Shown piece after piece: positions 55,301 to 63,798 of a stretch of 64,000 nucleotides of DNA (positions are counted from its first letter, which is position 1; the number at the start of each line of letters is the position of its first letter). The stretch is from an uncultured Solirubrobacterales bacterium. GTDB taxonomy: Bacteria; Actinomycetota; Thermoleophilia; Solirubrobacterales; 70-9. The position numbers and the translations under genes are program-made. The stretch covers positions 562,286-626,285 of the forward strand of contig CAWGQE010000003.1 of assembly GCA_963824705.1 (NCBI GenBank). Direction: 5' to 3'. Below the pieces are notes generated by a model. It saw only the letters and a program-made list of their open reading frames with translations. It was not told where the DNA came from and ran no database searches.

Positions 55301-55620
55301 ACCTCAGATCCTCGAGCCACAAGCTCCCAGACCTCGTCTTCGACCTGCACGGCTTGGTCGACGTCGAGGTCTCGACCAGGATCGACTCCTCACACGGAGG
55401 CATCAGGGCAACTGTCCAAGACGCACCCGATGCCCCGATCTCCAAAGTGCTCTTGAAGATGCAGGGAGCCGAAAAGGGCCTGATCGTCAACAGCAGGAAC
55501 CTCTGTGGGCACGACAGCAGGGCAAACGTGGAAGGTGAAGGGCAAAACGGCAAGCAGGTTGCTCTCAAGCCGGTGCTCAGGCCCGATTGCGGTGGGAAGG
55601 GTCGGAAGAAGAAGAGATAG
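52396..55620 (+). CDS. Very large secreted protein of unknown family, translationally coupled to the preceding gene
   Basis: The GTG overlaps the upstream stop (GTGA). Signal peptide MNYPRSIAFAIAALVVLSLTPVADA. 1074 aa ending in ...RPDCGGKGRKKKR. Confidence 0.75.
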   Translation: MNYPRSIAFAIAALVVLSLTPVADAAPPPPEVTIIAPSSIEAGEPGVVAPFVFNNSNQPLAGPVTIVETVSPGAELSAPSCFCESALDELARRKDQNCELSGRTWTCIVDFESPGMRGGVLLRSSDSFQDGQLISAEPGASGDITIDVRVTSANAPAVEAQKTVRIGPPGPYEFGWKGALRRSDRSPFATAGSTPDSFLTDLSQPTFPRKAFGIFPAVTDVAQQLDEVVAHLPPGFIGNPQAVPTCPFVELQHHQGNTPTCPRDSQVGLVKLSVGGFTGRDMLTPALFNLEPSVGSPARFGFEVFGVPVVLTARLNPDDYSIDLVSSNTSSTLALFDAEVEVWGVPTDPSHDGVRGRCLEKGTVNGNGNECPSALPRTAFLRTPTRCEGPLRFGLEATTYQHPELVHEKSFELPVLQACDKIPFDPDISVQATSLDAESPTGLHATVQVPNTGLENPDAVSESDIKAVKVALPRGVTLNPSQAEGLGVCTEAQYESSELSFHPDGTKGCPADSKIGTVEVHTPLLKETIPGNVYVAKPYDNPFDSLLAIYVVLEEPMRGVLVKLAGKVEPDEKTGKIVTTFSDLPQQPFSSFEFKFREGARAPLVTPSTCGTYTTDAEFTPWANPDQVIKRSTAFQITRGIGGAPCPKGAPGFKPGFSAGSINNNAGSFSAFDMRLTRQDGEQDMTRFSTTLPPGVLGKLAGVSKCPETAIAIAKAKTGLDERANPSCPASSEIGHSLVGAGVGSVLTYIPGKIYLGGPFHGDPLSVIAITPAVAGPFDVGTVVVHEALTLNPKTAEVEVDGAASDPIPHILKGIPAKVRDLRVYVDKPNFILNPTSCAPSATEATLSGGGADPFSVADDVPVALTSRYQAAGCQGLGFKPSLALNLKGGTKRGEFPALKALYKPRKGDANVKGLVVRLPRSAFLEQGHIRTICTRVQFAADNCPKASVYGQIKAWTPLLEDPLEGPVYLRSSSHKLPDLVFDLHGLVDVEVSTRIDSSHGGIRATVQDAPDAPISKVLLKMQGAEKGLIVNSRNLCGHDSRANVEGEGQNGKQVALKPVLRPDCGGKGRKKKR

Positions 55621-55644
55621 ACATGGGCCGATAGCCTTCCGCCG

Positions 55645-56727
55645 GTGGAGCGGAAGGCCGTCATCGTCGGGGCCGGCATCGCCGGCCTGGCCGCCGCCAG
55701 GGCCCTCGGCGATCTTGGCTATGCGGTGCGCGTCCTGGAGCGCGAGCCAGGGCTGAGGACCGAAGGAGCGGGGTTGAGCCTCTGGCCTAACGCTTTGCGC
55801 GCTTTGGAGGCGATCGGCCTCGGCGACGCCTTGGACGGGTGCGGACACGTTCTCTCTACTGGGGGGACGCTGGACGTGGCCGGCGAGACGATCTCCACTG
55901 CCCCGCTCGACCGACTCGCCGCTCGCTATGGGCCGCTGGTCAGCGTCAATCGCGGCGAGCTGCTCGGAGCCTTGCGCAAGCGGGTTGAGGCGCCGATCGA
56001 GTTCGGCGTCGAGGTCAGCTGCTCTGAAGGCGTGCTCCACGCCGACGGCGAGCCGATCGAGGCCGACCTCGTCATCGGCGCCGACGGCATCCGCTCCGCC
56101 GTTCGTGAGCTGGTCGCACCGGGCGTCGAGGCCCGCGGCGCCGGCCAGGGCGCCTGGCGGGGAGTCGCGCGCACAGGCGATCTCACTCCGGAGGGTGCCT
56201 CCGAGACGCTCGGCCGCGGCAAGCGCTTCGGCCTCGTCGCGCTGGGCGAAGAGCGCACCTACTGGTTCGCGGTGCTCGCTGACGGCGCAGGAGACGCGGA
56301 CCTCGAGCGCGAGTTCGCCGGCTGGCACGAGCCGATCGCCGCTGTCCTCGCCGCGACCCCCGCGAGCGAGCGCTCCTACCTCGAGCTGCGCGACCTGCCG
56401 CCGTTGCCGCGCTGGCATCGCGACCGCCACGTGCTGGTCGGCGACGCCGCCCACGCGATGACCCCCAACATGGGCCAGGGCGCCGCCCAGGCTCTGCTCG
56501 ACGTCGCCGCGCTGCGCGACGAGCTGGCAGGCAAGCCTCCCGCCGAGGCCTTCCGCGCCTACGAACGAGCCCGCAAGCGCCCCGCGGAGCGCATCGTCCG
56601 CCAGTCCCGCACGATCGGCCGCATAGCCCAGACCGCCAGCCCCCTCGCCGCTCGCCTCCGCGACACCGTGGCCCGCCATACGCCTCCCGCACTGATGGCC
56701 CACCAGATGGGCCGAGTGCTGCGTTGA
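55645..56727 (+). CDS. FAD-dependent aromatic-ring monooxygenase
   Basis: VIVGAGIAGLAAARAL (GxGxxG), ...DLVIGADGIRS and GDAAHAM.PN.GQGA. Confidence 0.85.
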   Translation: MERKAVIVGAGIAGLAAARALGDLGYAVRVLEREPGLRTEGAGLSLWPNALRALEAIGLGDALDGCGHVLSTGGTLDVAGETISTAPLDRLAARYGPLVSVNRGELLGALRKRVEAPIEFGVEVSCSEGVLHADGEPIEADLVIGADGIRSAVRELVAPGVEARGAGQGAWRGVARTGDLTPEGASETLGRGKRFGLVALGEERTYWFAVLADGAGDADLEREFAGWHEPIAAVLAATPASERSYLELRDLPPLPRWHRDRHVLVGDAAHAMTPNMGQGAAQALLDVAALRDELAGKPPAEAFRAYERARKRPAERIVRQSRTIGRIAQTASPLAARLRDTVARHTPPALMAHQMGRVLR

Positions 56728-58016
56728 TTCCCCCCGCCGTCCGTGCGCCGGTCGCCTGGCAGACGCTTCGCTACGGCCTCGACCCGGAGGGCTTCTTCGC
56801 CGCCGCCCGACGCCGTCACAGCGACGCGGTCACCGTCCGCGTGCTTTCCGAGCAGTGGCTGGTCCTCTCTGATCCCGTCGCCGTCAGGGAGGTCTTCTCC
56901 CGCGGGCCGGATGAGCTCAATTCCGGCGAGGCCAACCTCGCCCTGCGGCCATTGATCGGCACCGGCAACGTGCTGCTGCTGGATGGCCCGGAGCATCTGC
57001 GCCGCCGGCGCCTGGTGCTGCCCCCCTTTCACGGCGACCGCATGCGTGCCTACGAGCAGATCATCCGCGCGGCTGCGGCCAGGCAACTCGAAAGCTGGCC
57101 GCTCGGCCGCGTCGACGCCGTCCTGCCGCGCATGCAGGAGTTGACCTTCGCCGTGATCCTGCGCAGCGTCTTCGGCCTCACGGAGGGCGAGCGGTTGCGC
57201 CGGCTGACCGTCGCGATGCGGGAGATCCTCAGCTGGGCGGGGGACATGCGCCGCGCTCTCTTCTTCGCCTTCCTCGGTCCCGAGCGCCTGATGGGGTTGC
57301 GCAGCTTCCGGCGCGGGCAGTCGGCGGTCGACCGCGAGGTCTTCGGCCTGATCGCCGAGGCCCGTCGCGACCCCGGCCTCGAGCAACGCGAGGACATCCT
57401 CGCCCTGCTGCTCCAGGCCCGCGACGAGGAGGGCGAGGGGCTGACGGACGAGGAGCTGCGCGACGAGCTGGTGACGCTGCTCGTCGCCGGCCACGAGACG
57501 ACGGCGACCCTGCTGGCCTGGGCCGTGCACGAACTAGCCCGCGATCCGGCGACCCAGGAGCGCCTGGCCGCCGACGCGCGTGCGGGGGCGGAGAGCCCAT
57601 TCATCGACGCGACGGTCACCGAGACTCTGCGCCTGCGTCCACCGATCCCGGTGGTTCTGCGCCGCCTGCGCGAGCCGCTCGAGATCGCGGGCTTCCGGCT
57701 TGCGGCTGGGACGACGGTGGCGCCGTGCACGTTGCTCGTCCATCGCGACCCGGAGCTCTATCCGGATCCCTGGCGCTTCGACCCCGGTCGCTTTCTCGAC
57801 CGCCGCCCGGCGGCAAGCGAGTGGTTCCCCTTCGGCGGCGCCGTCCGCCGCTGCATCGGCGCCGCCTTCGCCCAGTTCGAGGCGCGCATCGTGCTCCAGG
57901 AGGTGTTTGCGGCCCTGCGCTTGCGACCCGATCGCGAGCGGCCGGAGCGGGTCGGTCGCCGCGGCCCCGTGCTTGTCCCCGCCCGCGGGGCGCGCGTCGT
58001 CGCAGCTGGGCGCTGA
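56724..58016 (+). CDS. Cytochrome P450
   Basis: AGHETT (I-helix), ETLR (K-helix) and FGGAVRRCIGAAFA (heme-thiolate loop). Confidence 0.9.
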   Translation: MIPPAVRAPVAWQTLRYGLDPEGFFAAARRRHSDAVTVRVLSEQWLVLSDPVAVREVFSRGPDELNSGEANLALRPLIGTGNVLLLDGPEHLRRRRLVLPPFHGDRMRAYEQIIRAAAARQLESWPLGRVDAVLPRMQELTFAVILRSVFGLTEGERLRRLTVAMREILSWAGDMRRALFFAFLGPERLMGLRSFRRGQSAVDREVFGLIAEARRDPGLEQREDILALLLQARDEEGEGLTDEELRDELVTLLVAGHETTATLLAWAVHELARDPATQERLAADARAGAESPFIDATVTETLRLRPPIPVVLRRLREPLEIAGFRLAAGTTVAPCTLLVHRDPELYPDPWRFDPGRFLDRRPAASEWFPFGGAVRRCIGAAFAQFEARIVLQEVFAALRLRPDRERPERVGRRGPVLVPARGARVVAAGR

Positions 58017-58085
58017 GCCGGACACCGCCGGGCGTATTGGGGCGCGTTCGAGTACAACTCCCCTCCCTTGAAGGAGCCGAGCCGC

Positions 58086-58694
58086 ATGTACAGAGTCGCG
58101 ATGGCCGTGTCCCGGCCGGTCGTCGTGGCGTGGGGGCGGCTCGAGGTCGAGGGGCTTGACGCGTTGCCCGCGGATGGGCCGGTGCTTGTCGTCGGCAACC
58201 ACGACAGCCACTGGGATCCCATCGCCGTCGGCGTGTCGGCGATTCGGCGCCGCCAGATCAAGGCGCTGGCGAAATCGACGCTCTGGGATGTGCGCGGCCT
58301 GGCTCCCGTCCTCAACGGCATGGGCCAGATTCCGATCGAGCGGGGGGCTGGGGACGTCGGGGCCCTTGCCCGCGCGATCGAGGAACTGCGCGCCGGCGCC
58401 TGCATCGGCGTCTTCCCGGAAGGCACCCGCTCGCGCGGCGAGGTGCTGCGGGCGCGCAGCGGCGTCGGCCGGCTCGCCCTCGAGGTTCCCGGGGCGAAGC
58501 TCGTCTGCGTGGCGATCGAGGGGACCTCTGACCTGACCGGCTTCCCCCGGCGCCCCCGCCTGCGGGTCCGCTTCTTTGAGCCCAGGGGAGGCCAGGCGCG
58601 GCCCGAGGAGGAGCCGGGCGAGATCGCGGTGCGGCTCGTCGAGGAGATCCGCGAGCAGGTTCCGCCCTCGATCTCCTTCCGCAAGCGTTCGTAG
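58086..58694 (+). CDS. 1-acyl-sn-glycerol-3-phosphate acyltransferase-family protein
   Basis: VVGNHDSHWD (the H-x4-D motif) and FPEGTRS. ATG after GAAGGAG. Confidence 0.8.
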   Translation: MYRVAMAVSRPVVVAWGRLEVEGLDALPADGPVLVVGNHDSHWDPIAVGVSAIRRRQIKALAKSTLWDVRGLAPVLNGMGQIPIERGAGDVGALARAIEELRAGACIGVFPEGTRSRGEVLRARSGVGRLALEVPGAKLVCVAIEGTSDLTGFPRRPRLRVRFFEPRGGQARPEEEPGEIAVRLVEEIREQVPPSISFRKRS

Positions 58695-58696
58695 CG

Positions 58697-59368
58697 CTAG
58701 GCAGCTCCGCTTGAGCTGACCGGCGCAACGAAGGTCCGGTTGCCCACCCGCACGCCGATTGCCCTGGTGCGGGAGAGATCGAGGGCGGCGCTGAGCACCG
58801 CGTCGGAGTCGTCGCCCCAGCGGTAGCGGAAGGAGCCTGCCGATTGGCGGACGCCGTTCGGGCCGCGGACGAAGACGCGGCAGAGGGTGCCCGACGGGGC
58901 TCCCTTCACATACATATGGATCTCGGTCCCGTAGGCATGCGGCTCGAGGTTTGCGCTGATTCGCAGTCCCGGTGGCAGCGAGGCGAAGGCGACGTGCTGC
59001 TCCGGGGTGCCGTCGGATCCGCCTGGCAGCACGAAGATCGCCAGTGCAGCCGCGGCGACGGCCGCGGTCAGGCCGCTGAAAGCAAAGCCAAGTCGCATCC
59101 GGCGTCGCCTGCCTTTGCGCCTCTCGGCGCGGATCGTCGCCACGACCTGGTCGGCGAGCGAGGGTGGGGGGGCCGGGGCGGTGTCGAAGTGCTCTGGGTC
59201 GGCCATCGGCAGTAGCCGCGCCACCCCCAGGAGCGTGTTGAGCTCGGCGCGGCACTCGGGGCAGCCCTCCAGGTGCGCCTCGAGCGCCGCGCGCTCCTCC
59301 TCTGGCAGCTGGCCGAGGGCGTGGGCGCCCAGAGACTCGCGCCATTCGCGGCATCGCTCAGTCGTCAT
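58697..59368 (-). CDS. Anti-sigma factor (zf-HC2), single-pass membrane
   Basis: C....L.A.....L......LEAHLEGCPECRAEL plus a TM helix. It overlaps the sigma gene by 11 nt. Confidence 0.8.
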   Translation of the reverse strand: MTTERCREWRESLGAHALGQLPEEERAALEAHLEGCPECRAELNTLLGVARLLPMADPEHFDTAPAPPPSLADQVVATIRAERRKGRRRRMRLGFAFSGLTAAVAAAALAIFVLPGGSDGTPEQHVAFASLPPGLRISANLEPHAYGTEIHMYVKGAPSGTLCRVFVRGPNGVRQSAGSFRYRWGDDSDAVLSAALDLSRTRAIGVRVGNRTFVAPVSSSGAA

Positions 59369-59867
59369 AGCCGATCTCCTCCAGCGCGACCCGCAGCGCC
59401 CGCAGGCCGTAGTAGACGCGGCTCTTGACCGTCCCCTCGGGCACGCCGAGCTCCGCGGCGACCTCGGCGTAGGGGCGGCCGCGGTAATAGGTCTCGACCA
59501 GGACGCGACGGTGCTGGTCGCCGATCCGCCGCATCGCCTCCTCGACCTGCCAGGAGAGCAGCGCCTCCTCGAAGGGCTCGACCGTCGGCTCGATGCCGCC
59601 CTCGGCGACCGTCGGCCGCGAGGCCCGTGCCCGGCCGAGGTCGATCACGACGTTGCGCAGGATCGCGAACAGCCAGGTCCGCAGCGATCCGATCTGCGGG
59701 TCGAACCGGGCCCCGGCTTTCCACGCCCGCAGGAAGGTCTCCTGGACGGCCTCCTCGGCCAGCCCCGAGTCGCCGAGCGAGCGCACCGCGAAGCCATAGA
59801 GCTCGCCCGCGTGGGCCGCGTAGGCCTCGCGCACATCCCGCTCGCCACTGAGGGCGCCCGATGGCAT
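59358..59867 (-). CDS. ECF (group IV) RNA polymerase sigma factor
   Basis: Region 2 (AEEAVQETFLRAW...F) and region 4 (YYRGRPYAEVAAELGVPEGTVKSRVYYGLRAL). Confidence 0.9.
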   Translation of the reverse strand: MPSGALSGERDVREAYAAHAGELYGFAVRSLGDSGLAEEAVQETFLRAWKAGARFDPQIGSLRTWLFAILRNVVIDLGRARASRPTVAEGGIEPTVEPFEEALLSWQVEEAMRRIGDQHRRVLVETYYRGRPYAEVAAELGVPEGTVKSRVYYGLRALRVALEEIGYDD

Positions 59868-59908
59868 TCAGGTCTCCACTTTGGCTTCGTTCGACTGCAT
59901 GCTTGGTC

Positions 59909-59935
59909 ATACGAAGGATCCACCATCAGCGTTCA
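59909..59935 (-). promoter_or_regulatory. Candidate autoregulated ECF promoter
   Basis: The minus strand reads TGAAC-N17-CGTAT about 40 nt upstream of the sigma start, resembling the GGAAC-N16/17-CGT ECF consensus. Confidence 0.3.
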
Positions 59936-60041
59936 GTCGCCTCCACGGAGGAGGCGTTCTACGTGGTGGGATGGTTTTGTCTACAATACGGCAATCCACG
60001 GATCGGTCGGAGAGAACAGGCGAGAGGACCCGTACGCCCCC

Positions 60042-60239
60042 GTGCCGGCGTGGCGGGTCGATGGGCTGGAAAGACAGCTCGATCACGTTGAACGCGACGC
60101 CGGACGACGTGTCGAGCATCTCGAAGGCCGCCTTAACCGTCTTTCTCAGAGTCGGGTCGAGGACACCCTGTTTCTACTCTTTGTCTTTGCTGTTGTCTTT
60201 CTCATTGTGGTGGCAGCCGCCGCTGCGGGCCATCACTAG
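60042..60239 (+). CDS. Possible small tail-anchored protein (65 aa)
   Basis: GTG start. A charged helical part (LERQLDHVERDAGRRVEHLEGRLNRL) and a C-terminal TM (LFLLFVFAVVFLIVVAAAAAG). It is the tail of a long shadow ORF, so the call is weak. Confidence 0.3.
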   Translation: MPAWRVDGLERQLDHVERDAGRRVEHLEGRLNRLSQSRVEDTLFLLFVFAVVFLIVVAAAAAGHH

Positions 60240-60245
60240 AGCGCA

Positions 60246-60659
60246 GTGTTCTGTCTGCGTCCTCTATATGGTGCATCGTGTGCACCGACAGACAACAACT
60301 ATCAAGGGAGCGGCGAAGGCTGCGCTCGTAGCCGGATTTTTGCCAGCGCAATCTATCTGAGCACTTGCGCCACCGTCCCAAGGCTATTGCCGGGCGTAGC
60401 GCTCGGTTGGGAAGCGCTATTCCATGTCGAGCGAGCCGGCGCGATGCTGGGGGCGATAGGCATGGTCCTGCTTATCGCGCGGCGTGCGCTTGCCGGCGAG
60501 TTCCCAGTCAGGCTCGGGAGCATTGAATATGCAGCGAAGGAAGCGGCTATTGACGCAGAGGAGTTGTCCCAATCGCATGAGCCCCGGATCCGCCTCCTCG
60601 AGGCTCTCGCGGGTCTGCGCGATGGAGACACGGTTAAAGACGACCGCGCGAAGGTGTGA
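60246..60659 (+). CDS. Hypothetical protein
   Basis: ORF-track ORF in a lower-GC patch. No motif recognised and the start is uncertain. Confidence 0.3.
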   Translation: MFCLRPLYGASCAPTDNNYQGSGEGCARSRIFASAIYLSTCATVPRLLPGVALGWEALFHVERAGAMLGAIGMVLLIARRALAGEFPVRLGSIEYAAKEAAIDAEELSQSHEPRIRLLEALAGLRDGDTVKDDRAKV

Positions 60660-60863
60660 CTTACTGTCGTCATGAGATCAGCGGCTTACAAACCACTCTC
60701 CGATGAGGAACGGGCACGGCTCATCGAGCTAGGGCGTCACCAGTTGCCGGAGTTGGATCGCCGTTACGAGAAGGCGATTAAAAACCTCCGGCGCATCTCG
60801 CAAGGACTTCCACGCAAGCCCTAAGTGAGTAATAAGCGGCGCCCCGACGACGCCGCTCACCGC

Positions 60864-61010
60864 CTATTCGAGTTTGCCGATCTTGAAGATTTTGGTGCCG
60901 CAGTCGGGGCAGGTGCCTTGGATCGCGGGGCGACCGTTTTTCATGGTCACCTGTTTGGCGTCCTGGATCTCAACCTTCTTGCGCTCTTTGACGCAGTAAC
61001 CCTCGGGCAT
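60864..61010 (-). CDS. Small zinc-ribbon protein (DUF5679-like, family recalled from memory)
   Basis: The ATG lies 5 nt after AAGGAGA. MPEGYCVKERKKVEI......MKNGRPAIQGTCPDCGTKIFKIGK. Confidence 0.6.
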   Translation of the reverse strand: MPEGYCVKERKKVEIQDAKQVTMKNGRPAIQGTCPDCGTKIFKIGKLE

Positions 61011-61132
61011 GGGGGTCTCCTTTCGTTGCCGGTCCCGGCAAGACTCACGCTGGGCGCGAGGTGGATTGCGACGAATGTAACGCAGAGGGGGGACGATCAA
61101 ACAGGCACGGACGTGCTGATCAGCACAAACTG

Positions 61133-61576
61133 CTACTTGCCTTGTTTCGCCCGTTCTTCGGCCTGTTCGACCAGTTCCTGGAGCTTGGCGGCGCTCGCGT
61201 CGCCGCCCGTCGCCCCCTTGGGGGTGCTGCCAGTCTTGCCCCCGGTGCCGCTGCCTCCGTTTTTCTTGCCCTCGTCGGGGCTGGTTTCGGGCGTCGATTC
61301 GGGTGCCGATTCGGCTTCCTGTTCTGGTAGGGCTCCCGGTTCGGCCGGCGGCGTCGCGGCGGTCGCGCCCAGTTCGTCGATCCGCGTTTCGAGCTGCTGC
61401 TGCAGCGCCTGCACGTCGCTTTCGCTGACCGAGCTTTCACGGGCGTCGATCGCCAGGTAGACCGCGGCGCCGGCGATGCCGATCGCGATCACGGTGAGCA
61501 CGAGGAAGACGCGGGTGCGCTTGGCGAGCTTGCGCTCGACCTCGCCGATCCATGCCCGCAACCCCTCCAGCGACAT
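61133..61576 (-). CDS. Hypothetical single-pass membrane protein with a low-complexity tail
   Basis: N-terminal helix, TM (VFLVLTVIAIGIAGAAVYLAI), then a coiled-coil and Pro/Glu/Gly-rich region. Confidence 0.55.
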   Translation of the reverse strand: MSLEGLRAWIGEVERKLAKRTRVFLVLTVIAIGIAGAAVYLAIDARESSVSESDVQALQQQLETRIDELGATAATPPAEPGALPEQEAESAPESTPETSPDEGKKNGGSGTGGKTGSTPKGATGGDASAAKLQELVEQAEERAKQGK

Positions 61577-61667
61577 CGTCCTAACTTAGTCGAGAACCGC
61601 GCCGGGGGGCCGGGTCAAATACCCTGCGGTCCGCACTTCCCATCCCGATATCAAGGAGAACCACGAT

Positions 61668-62828
61668 ATGCCCGAGGCAGTGATCGTCGACACCATCCGC
61701 ACGCCGATCGGCCGTGCCTTCAAGGGCTCGCTGGCCCAGCTGCGCCCCGATGAGATGGGCGCCTACGTCGTCGACCAGCTGCTCGAGCGCAACCCGGAGG
61801 TCGACCCGGCGTTGGTCGAAGACCTCTTCTGCGGCTGCGGCATGCCGCAGGGCCTGCAGGCCTTCAACATCGGCCGCATCGTCAGCCTGCTCTCCGAGAA
61901 GCTGCCCAAAGAGGTCAACGGCGTCACCGTCTCCCGCTACTGCTCCTCCAGCCTCGACGCGATCCGCCACGCCGGCAACGCGATCAAGGCCGGCGAGGGC
62001 GACGTCTACATCGCCGCCGGGGTCGAGTGGGTCAGCCGCTACAACGAGCGCACCGAGCCCGCCGGCGCCGCCGACCAGAACGAGAACCTGCAGGGCAACG
62101 ACGGCCAGCCCGACGCCTACATCGAGATGGGCAAGACGGCGGTCAACGTCGCCGAGAAATACGAGGTCAGCCGCGCCGACATGGACAAGTTCGCGCAGCG
62201 CTCCCAGGAACTCGCCGTGCAGTCCCAGGAGGACGGCTTCTTCGACCGCGAGATCGTCCCGGTGACCCTGTCCGACGGCACCGAGGTCGCCAAGGACGAC
62301 GGCCCCCGCGCCAGCTCCACGCTGGAGAAGCTCTCCCAGCTGGAGGAGTCCTTCGGCGGCGGCGGCGTCACCGCCGGCAACTCCTGCCCGCTCAACGACG
62401 GCGCTGCCGCGGTGCTGCTGATGAGCGACACCAAGGCCAAGGAGCTGGGCCTGACTCCGCGCGCCCGTATCGTCACCGCCGCCACCTTCGGCAACGAGCC
62501 CGAGTACATGGGCGTCGCCCCGATCGGCGCGATCAAGAAGGTGCTGGAGCGCTCGGGGATGACGATGGAGGACGTCGGCACGGTCGAGCTCAACGAGGCC
62601 TTCGCCGCCCAGGTGATCCCGATCATGGACGAGTGCGACATCCCGCTGGAGAAGCTCAACACGCACGGCGGCGCGATCGCCCTCGGCCACCCCTTCGGCA
62701 TGACCGGGGCGCGCATCATGGGCACGCTGCTCAACGTGATGGAGACCGACGACCACCAGGTCGGGATCGAGACCATGTGCGTCGCCGGTGGGCAGGGCAA
62801 GGCCATGCTCGTGGAGAGGATGAACTGA
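61668..62828 (+). CDS. Acetyl-CoA C-acetyltransferase / thiolase
   Basis: VSRYCSSSLDA (active-site Cys), NEAFA, GGAIALGHPFGMTGAR and CVAGGQG. Confidence 0.9.
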   Translation: MPEAVIVDTIRTPIGRAFKGSLAQLRPDEMGAYVVDQLLERNPEVDPALVEDLFCGCGMPQGLQAFNIGRIVSLLSEKLPKEVNGVTVSRYCSSSLDAIRHAGNAIKAGEGDVYIAAGVEWVSRYNERTEPAGAADQNENLQGNDGQPDAYIEMGKTAVNVAEKYEVSRADMDKFAQRSQELAVQSQEDGFFDREIVPVTLSDGTEVAKDDGPRASSTLEKLSQLEESFGGGGVTAGNSCPLNDGAAAVLLMSDTKAKELGLTPRARIVTAATFGNEPEYMGVAPIGAIKKVLERSGMTMEDVGTVELNEAFAAQVIPIMDECDIPLEKLNTHGGAIALGHPFGMTGARIMGTLLNVMETDDHQVGIETMCVAGGQGKAMLVERMN

Positions 62829-62883
62829 GCCTCGGGGCGAGTTAGTGGTCCATAGGGCAACTAACTCGCCCTGCGACGATCTC

Positions 62884-63798
62884 ATGGATCTGGCGACGCT
62901 CACCTATGAGGCCGGCGATCGGGTCGCCCGCATCACCCTGAACCGGCCCAAGCGCGGCAACGGGATCGTGCCGCGGATGCCGGCCGAGATCGCCTCCTGC
63001 GTCGAGCGGGCGAACCTCGACCCGGAGGTTCACGTCATCGCTCTCGCCGGCAACGGCACGGGCTTCTGCGGGGGCTATGACCTGGTCGCCTCGGCCGAGG
63101 GCGACATGAGCGGGCTCGATGGCGTCGAGGCGCCGCCCGGCTCGCCCGTCGACCCGGCGACGATCGGCGCCAACCATGCGCCGGAGTCCAACTGGGACCC
63201 GGTCACCGACTTCCAGTTCATGTCGCGCAACGTGCGCGGCTTCATGAGCCTCTTCCACTCCGAGAAGCCGGTGCTCTGCAAGGTGCACGGCTACTGCGTC
63301 GCCGGCGGCACCGACATGGCGCTCTGCTCGGACCTGCTGGTGATCGGCGCCGACGCCAAGATCGGCTACCCGCCGGCCCGCGTCTGGGGCTCGCCGACGA
63401 CGGCGATGTGGGCGGCGCGGCTTGGCCCGATGCGGGCCAAGCGGCTGCTGCTCACCGGCGACTCGCTGAGCGGCGAGCAGGCGGTGGAGTGGGGGTTGGC
63501 GACGGAGGCGGCGCCCCCTGAGCAGCTCGACGAGCGCTTCGAGGCGCTGCTGGAGCGCGTCGCGCGGATGCCGATCAACCAGCTGGTGATGATGAAGATG
63601 CTCGTCAACCAGTCGCTCTACTCGCAGGGCCTGCACCAGACGCAGCTGCTCGGCACCTTCTTCGACGGCATCGCCCGCCATACCGAGGAGGGCCACGGCT
63701 TCGTCCGCCGCGCCGCCGAGGGCGGCTTCAAGGAGGCGGTGCGGGAGCGCGACCAACCATTCGGCGACTACGGCCTGGGAGGCTCGGATGTCAACTAG
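62884..63798 (+). CDS. Enoyl-CoA hydratase/isomerase (crotonase) family protein
   Basis: ITLNRPKRGNG, G.GFCGGYDL and HGYCVAGGTD. The ATG at 62884 is preferred over 62845. Confidence 0.85.
   Translation: MDLATLTYEAGDRVARITLNRPKRGNGIVPRMPAEIASCVERANLDPEVHVIALAGNGTGFCGGYDLVASAEGDMSGLDGVEAPPGSPVDPATIGANHAPESNWDPVTDFQFMSRNVRGFMSLFHSEKPVLCKVHGYCVAGGTDMALCSDLLVIGADAKIGYPPARVWGSPTTAMWAARLGPMRAKRLLLTGDSLSGEQAVEWGLATEAAPPEQLDERFEALLERVARMPINQLVMMKMLVNQSLYSQGLHQTQLLGTFFDGIARHTEEGHGFVRRAAEGGFKEAVRERDQPFGDYGLGGSDVN

Noticed and set aside
57534-59354. 606-aa minus-strand ORF and the 410-aa plus-strand ORF 59007..60239
   Set aside because: These are shadows of the P450, acyltransferase, anti-sigma and sigma genes. 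Only the last 65 codons of the plus-strand ORF were kept, as a low-confidence small protein.
60672-60824. 50-codon ORF (MRSAAYKPLSDEERARLIELGRHQLPELDRRYEKAIKNLRRISQGLPRKP)
   Set aside because: It is plausible but unsupported: no RBS, no recognisable motif, and it is below the ORF-track cutoff. I did not list it as a feature.
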